Shown here piece by piece: positions 1 to 9,739 of a stretch of 64,000 bases of DNA. The notes under the pieces were generated by a model. The model searched no databases. It was not told the origin of the DNA and worked only from the letters and a program-made list of their open reading frames with translations. The first letter of the stretch is position 1. The number at the start of each line of letters is the position of its first letter. The position numbers and the translations under genes were made by a program. Source of the stretch: a bacterium (GTDB lineage Bacteria; UBA10199; 2-02-FULL-44-16; JAAZCA01); the NCBI GenBank assembly GCA_963674695.2, contig CAXXGI010000003.1:640001-704000 (forward strand), in the 5' to 3' direction.

Positions 1-3000
1 CACATCATTGATGAGATTGCGGTGCATGTAATACGTGTCCTCGAGAAATTTCGTGGTTACCAGCGGCGAGAGAACGTCAATCTCGTACCATCTGGCTTCA
101 TTCACCGAATCCCACTCGATGAGGATCTGTTCATCTCCTGCAGTCGCGCGCACGTTTTGGGGCACCGCCGGAATTGTACCGATGACATCGACAAAGAAAG
201 GAACAACAGCCGACGGCGTCTCGCCGATCGTGTTTACAGCGGAAATGATGAAATAGTAGGTCGTCCCTGTCGTCGTATAGTTAAAATACGTCGGTGAAGA
301 GACGCCAGTACTCTTCTCTGCATGCTGCCCATCCTCGATGGAGAGCGATGGATCATCGGACCAGTAGAAATTGTACGAACTTGCTGCTGCAACCGGATTC
401 CAGGTCAAGTACAGCGCCTTATTCGTCGGCACGCCGGATTGCTGAACCGTCACCACAGGGGCCATGGGGGCTTGCGTCGCCGCCGTCGGCGTCGCCTCTA
501 CTATATCCGACGGCGCACTTTCATCGGTGATGGTTGCTCCATCGGTGATGAGCGCCATCACCTGAATGTAATAGAGCTGATCCTCCTGCAAACCCCACAG
601 GCTCGCTGGGGAACCGCTAACGAGACTTCCCGTATAGGCCGTCCGCATCAGGGGAAGTTTCGTATCGAAGTAGATCTTGTATCGCGTCGCATTGGGGACA
701 GGATCCCAAAAGACATTCAGTTCATCGGATCGAGAGCCCTGCTGCACACGGACATTCCCCGGGGTCAAGAGCGTTGAGGATGTTCTTTCGGGCGTTGCCT
801 GAAGTCTCTGTTGACTGCAGTACGGCCAGCTCTCCCGAGTATCCTGCTCGGCGGTGATGCAATAGTAGTAGGTCGTTCCGTTCGTGAGTTCTTCGTGAAT
901 ATAGTGGAAATTCGAGATACCCTCGATCTTCGTAGAACCTGGAACCGTACCGTGGCCAGTTGCCGAAAGGGGGCTTGTAGCCCAGAAGATGTTGAACGTC
1001 GCGGCGCCATTCGCATCATCCCATTCCCAACCGATCGTCGCCTTCCCGTCATCGGCCTGTACTTGAGCAGAGCTGACACCCGGAATGGCGTCCAACGGCG
1101 TTGCATGAACCTCATCCGAAGGTCCGCTCTCACCCTGCGCGTTTTCGGCCGTGACGACATAGTAATACGTCGTGCCATTGATCAGGCTGAAGTGTTGAAA
1201 GGGCGAAGCCGTACGCGTCACCGGCGTTCCCGCTGTTCCTCGCCCTGCCTCCGTCGACCAATAGATATTGTATTCGGTGGCTTCAGCAGATCCCGTCCAG
1301 GATACGGTCGCACTCCGATCTCCCGCCTCGGCGCTGACATTTGTGGGTACAGGCGGAATCTCCGCGGCCGCCTGAGGCGTAGCGGTGACCTCATTCGATG
1401 GCGCGCTTTCATTATCCTGCGCATCGAGGGCGGTGACGACGAAGTAAATGGGGAAAGCATTTCCGAGACCGTTCACTTGACACTGCGAGATGATGCCCGA
1501 ACAGGTCGTGTCGTAGGTGCCTTGTGCTCCGATCACTACGGGGCTCGTCGACGACCGGTATATCTTATGCTTCGTCAATCCATCCTGATCCCAAGCGATC
1601 ACCACATGCGCATCACCAGCGGTGACAACCTGTACGTTTTGCGGTGTCGGAGTTGTCGCTATCGGCGTGCCGCTCACTTCATTCGAGGCCACACTCTCGC
1701 CGTTTCCGTTCTTTGCCGTAACGATGAAATAATACGGCGTACTGTTGACGAGCGAAGTCACCGTTCCGGTGTGAGCACCCGTCACCTCCTGATGATCGGG
1801 CGAACTCACCGTCACGCCCGCAGTCGTAGACCAATAGATCGTATAGGCATTGGCATTCGTTACTTCCTCCCATGCCAATGAGATCAATCCATCACCTTCC
1901 GCTGTTTTTCGAAGATTCAGCGGAGCCGGAAGCGGCATAACCGCATCAACCATCGTCGTGAGGAGATACCCCAATTCCCCATCTGAATCGACGGCGCCAA
2001 CTTGATAGAAACAACGCATCCCCTGCCCGCATGCATGCGACACCTGCGTTCCCGAAGGCACATCGATGAACTGATTCAGATCGATCGTTCCCGTCATCGA
2101 CCAAAAGAGTCGATAACTCATAGCATTGACAACAGCATCCCAGCTCACATCGACGTTGTTCCCATTCACAATAGCAGCGACATTCAGCGGAGACGCGAGC
2201 CGGAGTTTTGCCTCCGCTTCATCCGACGGCACACTCGATCCGGCGCCATTGTGAGCAACGAGACGATAGTAGTAACGCTTTCCCCCCTCAAGATTCATAT
2301 GTTCAAAGGAATTGCCCGTTACGTCGACAATTTGTGAACCGTTCGGGTGAACGTTCGGCGTATTGCCCCAATAGATCGTGTAGTTATTGGCTGCGGTATC
2401 AGAACTCCAACTGAGTTTGATCTGCCCTGGAAATGCGGTCGCGACCAATCCCGTCGGTTTCTGCGGGGGCTGTGTCGCAGCGACAGGCGTTGCATTCACC
2501 TCCACTGACGGCAGGCCTTCACCGACTGCATTCATTGCCGTTACGACATAGTAATAGGTGGTTCCGTTTGTAAGCGATGTATGGATGTATGGATTCGAAA
2601 CATTGACGATCGGTGAACCGTTCTGCGGCGTCACCCCACTCATCTCTGAAAAATAGAGATTGGAGGACGTCGCCCCATCGACCGCATCCCAGCTCAATTC
2701 GAGCTGTGCATCGCCCGCTTCAATTATTACTCCATGAGGCGCATCAGGAGGAGCTAGCGGCGCCATGGGCATTGCACTCACCTCATCCGAGCGCTCGCTC
2801 TCACCGGCCGCATTGACCGCAATGACCGAATAGAAATAGGTCACGTCGTTGGTCAGATTCGAATGCACGAACGGCACCGGCCGATCCGTTAACCGTATCT
2901 CAGCTGGCAATTCACTCGTGTGATAGATGATGTCATAGGAATCTGCCGTAGTCGCCGGGGACCAATTGACGGTCACCATTGCATCGCCTGGGGTAGCGGT

Positions 3001-3546
3001 GACATCCTCCGGTTTTTCCGGAACGGCATCAGGCTCTTCCTGTTCCTTCGTCTTAAAATTCCAGATCTCCTCCTGGCCAAGCCGGTTTCCGGATCGATCT
3101 TTCACCGATGTGCGAACGATTGCCGTGTAGCGTGTGTCGTGATCGAGCCTCTCCATGGGGCGCAGCGAGGCACTGCGATCGGTCGCCGTGACGGTCGAGC
3201 GCAATTTTCCGGAGGGCCCAATGAGAAAAAAGGAGTTTTCGTTAACACTCGAATCCCTGAGGGTGCTGCTGAAACGCGCGGTCACATAGGTGTCGATGTT
3301 CACCTCATCCGCGCCATCGCTCGGCGTGACCTCCACGACGGACAAAGATGCCGTCTGATTATCGTCATCTCCCCCACCACCGCCGCGGACTTCGACGCCG
3401 TCGTCTTCGCTCCACCAGGTGGACCAGCTCTCGGAGAGGTCGTCGAAGACGGTGCCGGAATCATCCATACGCTTATGGCATCCGGTTGAACCGATGAGCG
3501 CGATGCAAGCGATTGCAACGATGGTCACCAGACGTGTGCGTGTCAT
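1..3546 (-). CDS. Large surface lipoprotein with an Ig-like (Big_5/SbsA-type) domain and many tandem fibronectin type III repeats; 3' end lies outside the window (>1180 aa)
   Basis: Not in the ORF track, presumably because it runs off the edge. Hand-translated segments: ATG at 3546 after AAGGAG; MTRTRLVTIVAIACIALIGSTG-C (lipobox); VVEVTPSDGADEVNIDTYVTARFS (Big_5-like); repeated units such as PDAPHGVIIEAGDAQLELSWDAVDGATSSNLYF...YIHTSLTNGTTYYYVVTAMN; frame still open at base 1. Not every codon was checked. Confidence 0.88.
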   Translation of the reverse strand, partial: MTRTRLVTIVAIACIALIGSTGCHKRMDDSGTVFDDLSESWSTWWSEDDGVEVRGGGGGDDDNQTASLSVVEVTPSDGADEVNIDTYVTARFSSTLRDSSVNENSFFLIGPSGKLRSTVTATDRSASLRPMERLDHDTRYTAIVRTSVKDRSGNRLGQEEIWNFKTKEQEEPDAVPEKPEDVTATPGDAMVTVNWSPATTADSYDIIYHTSELPAEIRLTDRPVPFVHSNLTNDVTYFYSVIAVNAAGESERSDEVSAMPMAPLAPPDAPHGVIIEAGDAQLELSWDAVDGATSSNLYFSEMSGVTPQNGSPIVNVSNPYIHTSLTNGTTYYYVVTAMNAVGEGLPSVEVNATPVAATQPPQKPTGLVATAFPGQIKLSWSSDTAANNYTIYWGNTPNVHPNGSQIVDVTGNSFEHMNLEGGKRYYYRLVAHNGAGSSVPSDEAEAKLRLASPLNVAAIVNGNNVDVSWDAVVNAMSYRLFWSMTGTIDLNQFIDVPSGTQVSHACGQGMRCFYQVGAVDSDGELGYLLTTMVDAVMPLPAPLNLRKTAEGDGLISLAWEEVTNANAYTIYWSTTAGVTVSSPDHQEVTGAHTGTVTSLVNSTPYYFIVTAKNGNGESVASNEVSGTPIATTPTPQNVQVVTAGDAHVVIAWDQDGLTKHKIYRSSTSPVVIGAQGTYDTTCSGIISQCQVNGLGNAFPIYFVVTALDAQDNESAPSNEVTATPQAAAEIPPVPTNVSAEAGDRSATVSWTGSAEATEYNIYWSTEAGRGTAGTPVTRTASPFQHFSLINGTTYYYVVTAENAQGESGPSDEVHATPLDAIPGVSSAQVQADDGKATIGWEWDDANGAATFNIFWATSPLSATGHGTVPGSTKIEGISNFHYIHEELTNGTTYYYCITAEQDTRESWPYCSQQRLQATPERTSSTLLTPGNVRVQQGSRSDELNVFWDPVPNATRYKIYFDTKLPLMRTAYTGSLVSGSPASLWGLQEDQLYYIQVMALITDGATITDESAPSDIVEATPTAATQAPMAPVVTVQQSGVPTNKALYLTWNPVAAASSYNFYWSDDPSLSIEDGQHAEKSTGVSSPTYFNYTTTGTTYYFIISAVNTIGETPSAVVPFFVDVIGTIPAVPQNVRATAGDEQILIEWDSVNEARWYEIDVLSPLVTTKFLEDTYYMHRNLINDV

Positions 3547-3587
3547 ATCGGGCTCCTTTGGGCGATTCCCCACCAAGTCTCTATTTG

Positions 3588-3603
3588 TGCAAGGGTTATA
3601 CCA
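3588..3603 (-). promoter_or_regulatory. Putative sigma-54 promoter of the FN3 lipoprotein gene
   Basis: Minus strand TGGTATAACCCTTGCA = GG-N10-GC, about 40 nt upstream of the ATG. Confidence 0.6.
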
Positions 3604-3652
3604 GAAATCGCTTTGAAATCAAAACTATAGCGACGTTTTTTCATCCTCCGGC

Positions 3653-3757
3653 TTGACCGGAGGATCCCGTGAAACCAATCGAGATTGCCCGATCAAGTCG
3701 GGCAATGACAAATATTATCAACAACCTGGATCCCCGATTACACCCTCGGGGATGACA
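3653..3757. repeat. REP-like palindromic cluster
   Basis: GAGATTGCCCGATCAAGTCGGGCAATGACA (identical copy at 26466-26495) and GGATCCCCGATTACACCCTCGGGGATGACA. Confidence 0.75.
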
Positions 3758-3763
3758 CTCACT

Positions 3764-5335
3764 CTAGGCGGCAATTCTTTTCTGCCGACGGACCATCCCC
3801 ATGACCGCGCTGAACTCCTCGCGATTGATGAGCTTTGTCACGATGAGGAATGTGGCCATCCCCACACCGATGAGGCCGAAGAGCCAGACGGCGCGTTGCC
3901 AAAACACAAGTTCTTCCACCGGACCCATGAGCCACCGCCCGATCAGGAGCAGCCCCGCCATGAGGACCGTCGCGATACAGGTCTTTCCGATCGATGCGCC
4001 CAAACGCCGGATACCGATCGGGCCGACCTTGTGGCGAAACCAGATGAGCAGGATGAAGAAATTGGCGATCGAAGAGATGACCAGAGCGATCGCCAACCCG
4101 ACGTGTTTGAGTGGCCCCATGAGCAGGAGTGCGGCGACGGCGTTGACGGCCACCGCAATGGCGGAGACGATCACGGGGCGACGGGCATCCTTGAGGGCGA
4201 AGAACGCCGGCACGAGATTGCGCACGCCAGAGACGAACGGAATTTTGATCGCAAAGGCCGCCAGCGCGCCTGCCGTTGCCAGCGCAGTCGCCTCATCGAA
4301 CGCCCCGCGCTGGAAGAGGACCGAAACGGTGGGCAGTGCCAGGAGATAGAGCCCGACCGCCGAGGGGATCGTGATGAGGAAGGCCAGCCGCAGGCCGTAG
4401 TTCATCGTCTCCTTGAGGGCCTCGATATCCTTGGCGGCGGCATGATCCGACATGGTCGGCAATATCGCCGTAGCGATGGCGATGGCGAAGATCCCCAGCG
4501 GAAACTCGGAGATCCGATCGGCATACCAGAGGTAGGAGACGCTCCCGTCGGGCAGAAACGATGCCAAAAGCGTCACGATCAGGACGTTGAGCTGATAGAC
4601 CGCCGCGCCGAAGGCCGACGGGATCATCAGGAGCAAAAGCCCCTTGAGCGCGGGATGACGCCAGTTGAAGTTCAGTCGCGGCAGCATCCCCTCACGGACC
4701 AGCGACGGGATCTGCAGCGCCAGCTGCAAGATACCGCCGATGAGGACACCGATGGCCAGGCCGATCACGGGCGGATCGACGAACCGGGAGAAGACAGCCG
4801 CTCCCGTGATGATGCCCACATTGAGCAGTATCGGGGCGGCAGCCGGGGCGGCAAAGCGCTTGAGCGAGTTGAGAATGCCCATGGACAGCGCCACGAGACT
4901 GATCAGGAAGATGTAGGGGAACATCAGCCGTGTCAGAAAGACCGTCAGCTCGAATTTGCCGGCTTCCTTCGCAAACCCCCAGGCGATCAGCTTCACGAGA
5001 AAGGGGGCGAACAGGACCCCCAAGACGACCATGGCCACCAGGACGAGCGAGAGATAGGTGAAGACGATCGAGGCGACGCGCCGCCCCTCTTCCCGGGATT
5101 TCTTGAGATATTCCGTATAGATCGGAACAAAGGCGACCGTGAGCGCCCCCTCGGCCACGAGACGACGCAGGAGGTTCGGAATGCGGAAGGCTACATAGAA
5201 GGCATCGGCCATGCGGCTGGCCCCGAAGGCCCAGGCCAGCACCGCATCGCGGACGAGACCCAAAATACGGGAGAGAAAGGTATAGAAGCTGACGGTTCCG
5301 ATGCGGCGGCTGATCTGGTGCGTCTCTTCGCTCAT
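3764..5335 (-). CDS. murJ: Lipid II flippase MurJ (MviN)
   Basis: SRILGLVRD, ADAFYVAFRIPNLLRRLVAEGAL, LWYADRISEFPLG motifs; 523 aa polytopic membrane protein. Confidence 0.96.
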   Translation of the reverse strand: MSEETHQISRRIGTVSFYTFLSRILGLVRDAVLAWAFGASRMADAFYVAFRIPNLLRRLVAEGALTVAFVPIYTEYLKKSREEGRRVASIVFTYLSLVLVAMVVLGVLFAPFLVKLIAWGFAKEAGKFELTVFLTRLMFPYIFLISLVALSMGILNSLKRFAAPAAAPILLNVGIITGAAVFSRFVDPPVIGLAIGVLIGGILQLALQIPSLVREGMLPRLNFNWRHPALKGLLLLMIPSAFGAAVYQLNVLIVTLLASFLPDGSVSYLWYADRISEFPLGIFAIAIATAILPTMSDHAAAKDIEALKETMNYGLRLAFLITIPSAVGLYLLALPTVSVLFQRGAFDEATALATAGALAAFAIKIPFVSGVRNLVPAFFALKDARRPVIVSAIAVAVNAVAALLLMGPLKHVGLAIALVISSIANFFILLIWFRHKVGPIGIRRLGASIGKTCIATVLMAGLLLIGRWLMGPVEELVFWQRAVWLFGLIGVGMATFLIVTKLINREEFSAVMGMVRRQKRIAA

Positions 5336-5442
5336 ATCTCCCTTTCTGCGCTATTAGTGGAGCGATTTCCTTGACATGCCGCCGAACCTTATGCTAGCCA
5401 CGGTCTCCCCTCGAGGCACCCGGTGAGGGAAGGAGAATCATA

Positions 5443-5724
5443 ATGGCTACAGATCGTTTACGCAAGAAGATCGGCGTCGGCAGACACGCCTCATCCATCA
5501 AGCGCGACCGCCAGAACGAAAAGCACAACGCGCGCAATCGTCATGCGCGTTCCACCATGCGCACCATCATTAAGAAGGTCCGCCAGGAGCTCACGCTCGA
5601 CACGCTCAAGGCCAGTACGCCGGTCATCGCCAAGGCGGCCAAAAAGGGTCTGATCCACCGGCGCAAGGCCTCGCGCATGATCTCGCGCCTGACCAAAGCG
5701 GTGAACAAGGAAAATGCGTCGTAA
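5443..5724 (+). CDS. rpsT: 30S ribosomal protein S20
   Basis: HASSIKRDRQNEKHNARNR...RTIIKK...KGLIHRRKASRMISRL; AAGGAG RBS; divergent from murJ. Confidence 0.93.
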   Translation: MATDRLRKKIGVGRHASSIKRDRQNEKHNARNRHARSTMRTIIKKVRQELTLDTLKASTPVIAKAAKKGLIHRRKASRMISRLTKAVNKENAS

Positions 5725-5752
5725 ACGGCACCCATCCACAGATCGCAATACC

Positions 5753-5787
5753 AACAGCCGCTTCTCTCCGAAGCGGCTGTTTTTTTT
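5753..5787 (+). terminator. Intrinsic terminator of rpsT
   Basis: AACAGCCGCTT-ctctccg-AAGCGGCTGTT followed by a T run. Confidence 0.85.
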
Positions 5788-5797
5788 GAGATATGGG

Positions 5798-5866
5798 TGT
5801 CATTCCCGCGAACGCGGGAATCTCGCCGTTTTTTCAATCGAGATCCCCGTTTTCACGGGGATGACA
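5798..5866. repeat. REP doublet / MITE-like element (family A)
   Basis: TGTCATTCCCGCGAACGCGGGAATCTCG...CGAGATCCCCGTTTTCACGGGGATGACA. Confidence 0.85.
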
Positions 5867-5900
5867 AACAAGAGTACCGGGGTGAGCTTCTCTGAAGCGT

Positions 5901-6905
5901 TCACTTCTTCACGATTTCGATGAAGGCGCGTTCGAGGATACGCAGGGAGGAGACGCGACTCGACTTGAGCTCGCGGTCGCATCGGTGCAGAACGCGGAAC
6001 GCGCGCTTGAGCTCGCTCATGGAGAAGTTGCGCGACTGTCCCATGTAATTCTTTGCATAGAAGGGATGCACGCCGAGATACTTGGCGATCTGGGCGTTGT
6101 CGTTCATGCGCCCACCGACCTCGCGCGCCTTGATGAGAATTCGGAAGTGGCGCGCCAGCATGCGCAGGATCATGAGGGGATGTTCCCCGCCGCTCAGGAT
6201 GTTTTCCAGATATCCCATCGCCTTGGTGAGCTTGCGCTGTCCCACCGCATCGGTCAGCTCGAAGATCGTGTGCTGATGCGTCTCCGCGACCGATTCTTCG
6301 ATATCCTTGAGATCGATCACCTTCCGATCACCGATGTAGATGGCCACGCGTTCGATCGCTTGAATGAGCTGCCCCAGATCGTTTCCCACCAGGTCGGACA
6401 AAAAACGCGCCGCTTCCTGTGAGATCTGCAGGTTGCGGCGACGCACCTCCATGTTGATCCAGCCGGGGATCTGGTTGTCATAGAGCGGCTTGCACTCGAC
6501 GATGGCGCCCTTCTTCCGCATGGTCTGCATGAAGCGCGTGCGGCCATCGAGTTTCTCCGCCTGAACGACGACCGTCGATCCCTCGGCAGGACTGGCGAGA
6601 TAATCGGTGAGCGCTTCAACGGTATCTTTCGGGAGTTTCTCCGCATCGCGCAGTACGACCAGCGTACCTCCGCCCCCGAAGAGCGAGACGTTGCGCAGGG
6701 CACTCATGACCGCCTCCGCCTTCGCCTCGCGCCCGTCGTAGACATGACGCATCGATTCCCCACTGGAAGCCGTTTCTCCCTTGGTGACGGTCTCCTGAAT
6801 GCGCCGCATCGCCCCCTGGGCGAGATACGCCTCGGCGCCGACGACCGCATAGGCGGGTCGAATCGTTCCTGCGCGCAGTTCCTTGTCGAGTGCCGTGATA
6901 TCCAT
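5901..6905 (-). CDS. holA: DNA polymerase III delta subunit
   Basis: AYAVVGAEAYL, NVSLFGG..LVVLRDAE, VGNDLGQL, IFELTDAV, LGVHPFYA; follows leuS. Confidence 0.93.
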   Translation of the reverse strand: MDITALDKELRAGTIRPAYAVVGAEAYLAQGAMRRIQETVTKGETASSGESMRHVYDGREAKAEAVMSALRNVSLFGGGGTLVVLRDAEKLPKDTVEALTDYLASPAEGSTVVVQAEKLDGRTRFMQTMRKKGAIVECKPLYDNQIPGWINMEVRRRNLQISQEAARFLSDLVGNDLGQLIQAIERVAIYIGDRKVIDLKDIEESVAETHQHTIFELTDAVGQRKLTKAMGYLENILSGGEHPLMILRMLARHFRILIKAREVGGRMNDNAQIAKYLGVHPFYAKNYMGQSRNFSMSELKRAFRVLHRCDRELKSSRVSSLRILERAFIEIVKK

Positions 6906-6930
6906 ATGGGTACCTCTAGTTTTTTGGGTT

Positions 6931-7094
6931 TGTCATTCCCGCAGAAGCGGCCTGCCCGCCGGTTGTGTGGCGGGGGAATCTCGCTTTTTACGAAACATCG
7001 AGATCCCCGCATTCGCGGGGATGACACAGCCAAGTCCACCGAGATTCCCGCTGGAGCCTGTCCCCGAATGATTGAATCGGGGGCGGGAATGACA
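6931..7094. repeat. REP cluster (family A variants) filling the leuS-holA gap
   Basis: TGTCATTCCCGC...GGGGAATCTCG; CGAGATCCCCGCATTCGCGGGGATGACA; CGAGATTCCCGC...GCGGGAATGACA. Confidence 0.8.
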
Positions 7095-7130
7095 AAAATC
7101 GGCACAATCGCCTTTTCCTGACAGGGACTA

Positions 7131-9560
7131 CTACGCCACGATATTGACGAGTTTGCCCGGCACCACGATCACCTTTCGCGGTTCGCCGTTCAGATGCGCT
7201 TGCACCTTCTCGCACGCGAGCGCCTGCGCCTTCAACTCCTCCTCGGAGATATCCGACGGGACTTCGATTCGATCGCGCAATTTCCCCGAGACCTGCACGA
7301 TGATCGTCATCGTATCGCTCACGAGCCACTTCTCCTCGAAGACGGGCCACGCTTCCTCGAGCGTGGAGCGCGTGTGCCCGAGCGCACGCCAAAGCTCTTC
7401 CGCCGCATGCGGTGCAAACGGCGAGATGAGGATCACGAGCATCTCGATTGCCCCACGTGAAATATCCGTGCGTTCGAGCGTGTACAGAAAGTTCACATAC
7501 TCCATGATCGCCGCGATCGCCGTGTTGAAATGATAGCGCTCGATATCCTCGGTGACCTTCTTGATCGTGCGGTGACGCATGCGCAGCTCGTCCTCGCATT
7601 CGCCCGCATCACCAGGCAACTCCATCCACCCGGCCACTATGCGCCAGACGCGCTGCAGAAACCGATAGGCCCCCTCGATTCCCTTGTCGTTCCACTCCAG
7701 GTCCTTCTCGGGGGGAGCGGCGAAGAGCGAGAAGAGGCGCACCGTGTCGGCACCGTTCTTCTCGATCATCTCGTCCGGATCGACGACGTTCCCCTTCGAC
7801 TTGCTCATCTTGGCGCCGTCTTTGTAGACCATGCCCTGGGTCATGAGGTTCTTCACCGGTTCATCGATATCGATGAACCCCAGGTCGCGCAGGATCTTCG
7901 TAAAATAGCGACAGTAGATGAGGTGCCCCACGGCGTGCTCGATGCCGCCGATGTATTGATCGACCGGCATCCAATAGCGCACCGCCTTCGAATCGACCGG
8001 ACCGGTGTCACACTTCGGAGAGGTATAGCGCAACATATACCAGGAGGACTCGACGAAGGTGTCCATGGTGTCGGTCTCGCGCCGCGCCTCTTTGCCGCAC
8101 TTCGGACAGGCGGTGTTCACAAATGACGCCACCTGTGCGAGCGGCGATCCCCCCTCGCCCGTGAGCGGCACGTCCATGGGGAGCACGACCGGGAGGTCGG
8201 CCTCAGGTACGGCAACCGCGCCGCACGCATCGCAATGGATGATCGGAATCGGTGCGCCCCAATAGCGCTGCCGCGAAATACACCAATCCTTCAGCCGAAA
8301 GGTCGTGGTCGCCCCGCCGATGCCCTGTTTTTCGAGATCGGCCGCGATGGCGTCGATCGCCTTTCGGTTCGGCATGCCGGTAAAATCGCCCGACTCGACG
8401 AGGACGCCCTCGCCCTCCCAGGCCGCCGTCATCGTCTTCGCATCGAGCGCCTCGCCATCCGGCTGGATGACCACCTTGATGTCGAGGCCGTACTTTTTCG
8501 CAAACTCGAAGTCGCGCTGGTCATGTGCCGGAACCGCCATGACCGCACCCGTGCCGTATTCCATCAGGACGAAGTTGGCGGCATAGACCGGCATCTTCCA
8601 TCCGGTGACGGGGTTGATACAGTACGCGCCGGTGAAGACGCCGTCTTTTTCGTAGCTCCCCTCGAGCCATGCCTGGTGATCGATCTTCGCGGTCCGCGCG
8701 ATGAACGCCTCGATCGCCTCCTCCTGCCCGTTGGCCTTGGCCAGCGCGCGCACCATCGGATGCGTGCAGGCCAGGCTCATGAACGTGGCGCCGAAGAGCG
8801 TGTCGGGGCGCGTGGTGAAGACGCGGATCTTCTCCTCGCTTCCGTCGATCGCAAAATCGATGTTGGCGCCATGGCTCTTGCCGATCCACTCGCGCTGCAT
8901 CGTGCGCACGCGCTCGGGCCAGCCCTCGAGTTTGTCATCGATGTCGGCGAGCAGCTCCTCGGCATAGTCGGTGATGCGCAGATACCACTGCGACATCGAG
9001 CGCATCTCCACCTGCGAATCGCAGCGCCAACACTGCCCGCCCTCGACCTGCTCGTTGGCCAGGACCGTATTGCAGGTCGGGCACCAGTTGATCGGCGACT
9101 CCTTCTTATAGGCTGCTCCCCGCTCGAAGAGTTTGGTGAAGACGAGCTGTTCCCATCGATAATAGTCGGGATCGCACGTGGCGAACTCGCGGCTCCAATC
9201 GTAGGAGAGCCCCAGGCGTTTGAGCTGCGCGCGCATCGTGTCGATATTCTCATGTGTCCACTGCGCCGGATGTACGTTGTGCTTGATGGCGGCGTTCTCC
9301 GCGGGCATGCCAAAGGCGTCCCAGCCCATCGGATGGAGCACCTTCACGCCCTCCATCATGCGAAAGCGCGCGGCGACATCGCCGATGGTATAGTTGCGCA
9401 CATGCCCCATGTGGATGCGCCCGGACGGATATGGCAGCATCTCGAGGAGGTAGTACTTCTCCTTCCCCGGCTCCTCGTCGACGGCAAACGCGCCCGACTC
9501 CTCCCAATGCTTCTGCCACTTGGGTTCGATGGTCTTTGGATCGTAGGTCATTTCGGTCAT
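7131..9560 (-). CDS. leuS: Leucine--tRNA ligase
   Basis: [18 protein letters not shown] (HIGH-type), KMSKSKGN; start moved to ATG 9560 (GAGGA RBS) because the ORF-track extension is repeat-derived. Confidence 0.98.
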   Translation of the reverse strand: MTEMTYDPKTIEPKWQKHWEESGAFAVDEEPGKEKYYLLEMLPYPSGRIHMGHVRNYTIGDVAARFRMMEGVKVLHPMGWDAFGMPAENAAIKHNVHPAQWTHENIDTMRAQLKRLGLSYDWSREFATCDPDYYRWEQLVFTKLFERGAAYKKESPINWCPTCNTVLANEQVEGGQCWRCDSQVEMRSMSQWYLRITDYAEELLADIDDKLEGWPERVRTMQREWIGKSHGANIDFAIDGSEEKIRVFTTRPDTLFGATFMSLACTHPMVRALAKANGQEEAIEAFIARTAKIDHQAWLEGSYEKDGVFTGAYCINPVTGWKMPVYAANFVLMEYGTGAVMAVPAHDQRDFEFAKKYGLDIKVVIQPDGEALDAKTMTAAWEGEGVLVESGDFTGMPNRKAIDAIAADLEKQGIGGATTTFRLKDWCISRQRYWGAPIPIIHCDACGAVAVPEADLPVVLPMDVPLTGEGGSPLAQVASFVNTACPKCGKEARRETDTMDTFVESSWYMLRYTSPKCDTGPVDSKAVRYWMPVDQYIGGIEHAVGHLIYCRYFTKILRDLGFIDIDEPVKNLMTQGMVYKDGAKMSKSKGNVVDPDEMIEKNGADTVRLFSLFAAPPEKDLEWNDKGIEGAYRFLQRVWRIVAGWMELPGDAGECEDELRMRHRTIKKVTEDIERYHFNTAIAAIMEYVNFLYTLERTDISRGAIEMLVILISPFAPHAAEELWRALGHTRSTLEEAWPVFEEKWLVSDTMTIIVQVSGKLRDRIEVPSDISEEELKAQALACEKVQAHLNGEPRKVIVVPGKLVNIVA

Positions 9561-9608
9561 GATGGTCCTCGTATAGTGTGTCGAACCTGTCCGGAAACTG
9601 GTTTTTGC

Positions 9609-9721
9609 TGTCATTCCCGAGGAATCGGGAATCTCGACGTGACTCGAAAATCGAGATTCCCGCCTTCGCGGGAATGACAAAAAACAGTTCCATCACCCCC
9701 GATTAACCCTCGGGAATGACA
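9609..9721. repeat. REP cluster (family A)
   Basis: TGTCATTCCCGAGGAATCGGGAATCTCG...CGAGATTCCCGCCTTCGCGGGAATGACA plus a degenerate half copy. Confidence 0.8.
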
Positions 9722-9739
9722 AACGCATGTTCTCCCTTT

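Noticed and set aside
22-3489. Plus-strand ORFs 22-297, 322-777, 811-1881, 2002-2337, 2920-3489
   Set aside because: Arg-rich antisense shadows in the mirror frame of the minus-strand FN3 gene.
3653-5374. 573-aa plus-strand ORF and similar long ORFs (8235-9677, 19437-21087 region, 48848-50092, 60003-61121)
   Set aside because: Antisense to well-supported genes; expected in GC-rich DNA; no motifs.
9561-9680. N-terminal extensions of leuS, rsmE, ptsI, truA, asd and the 931-aa ORF (e.g. [10 protein letters not shown])
   Set aside because: Translations of REP elements; downstream ATGs match the expected family starts.
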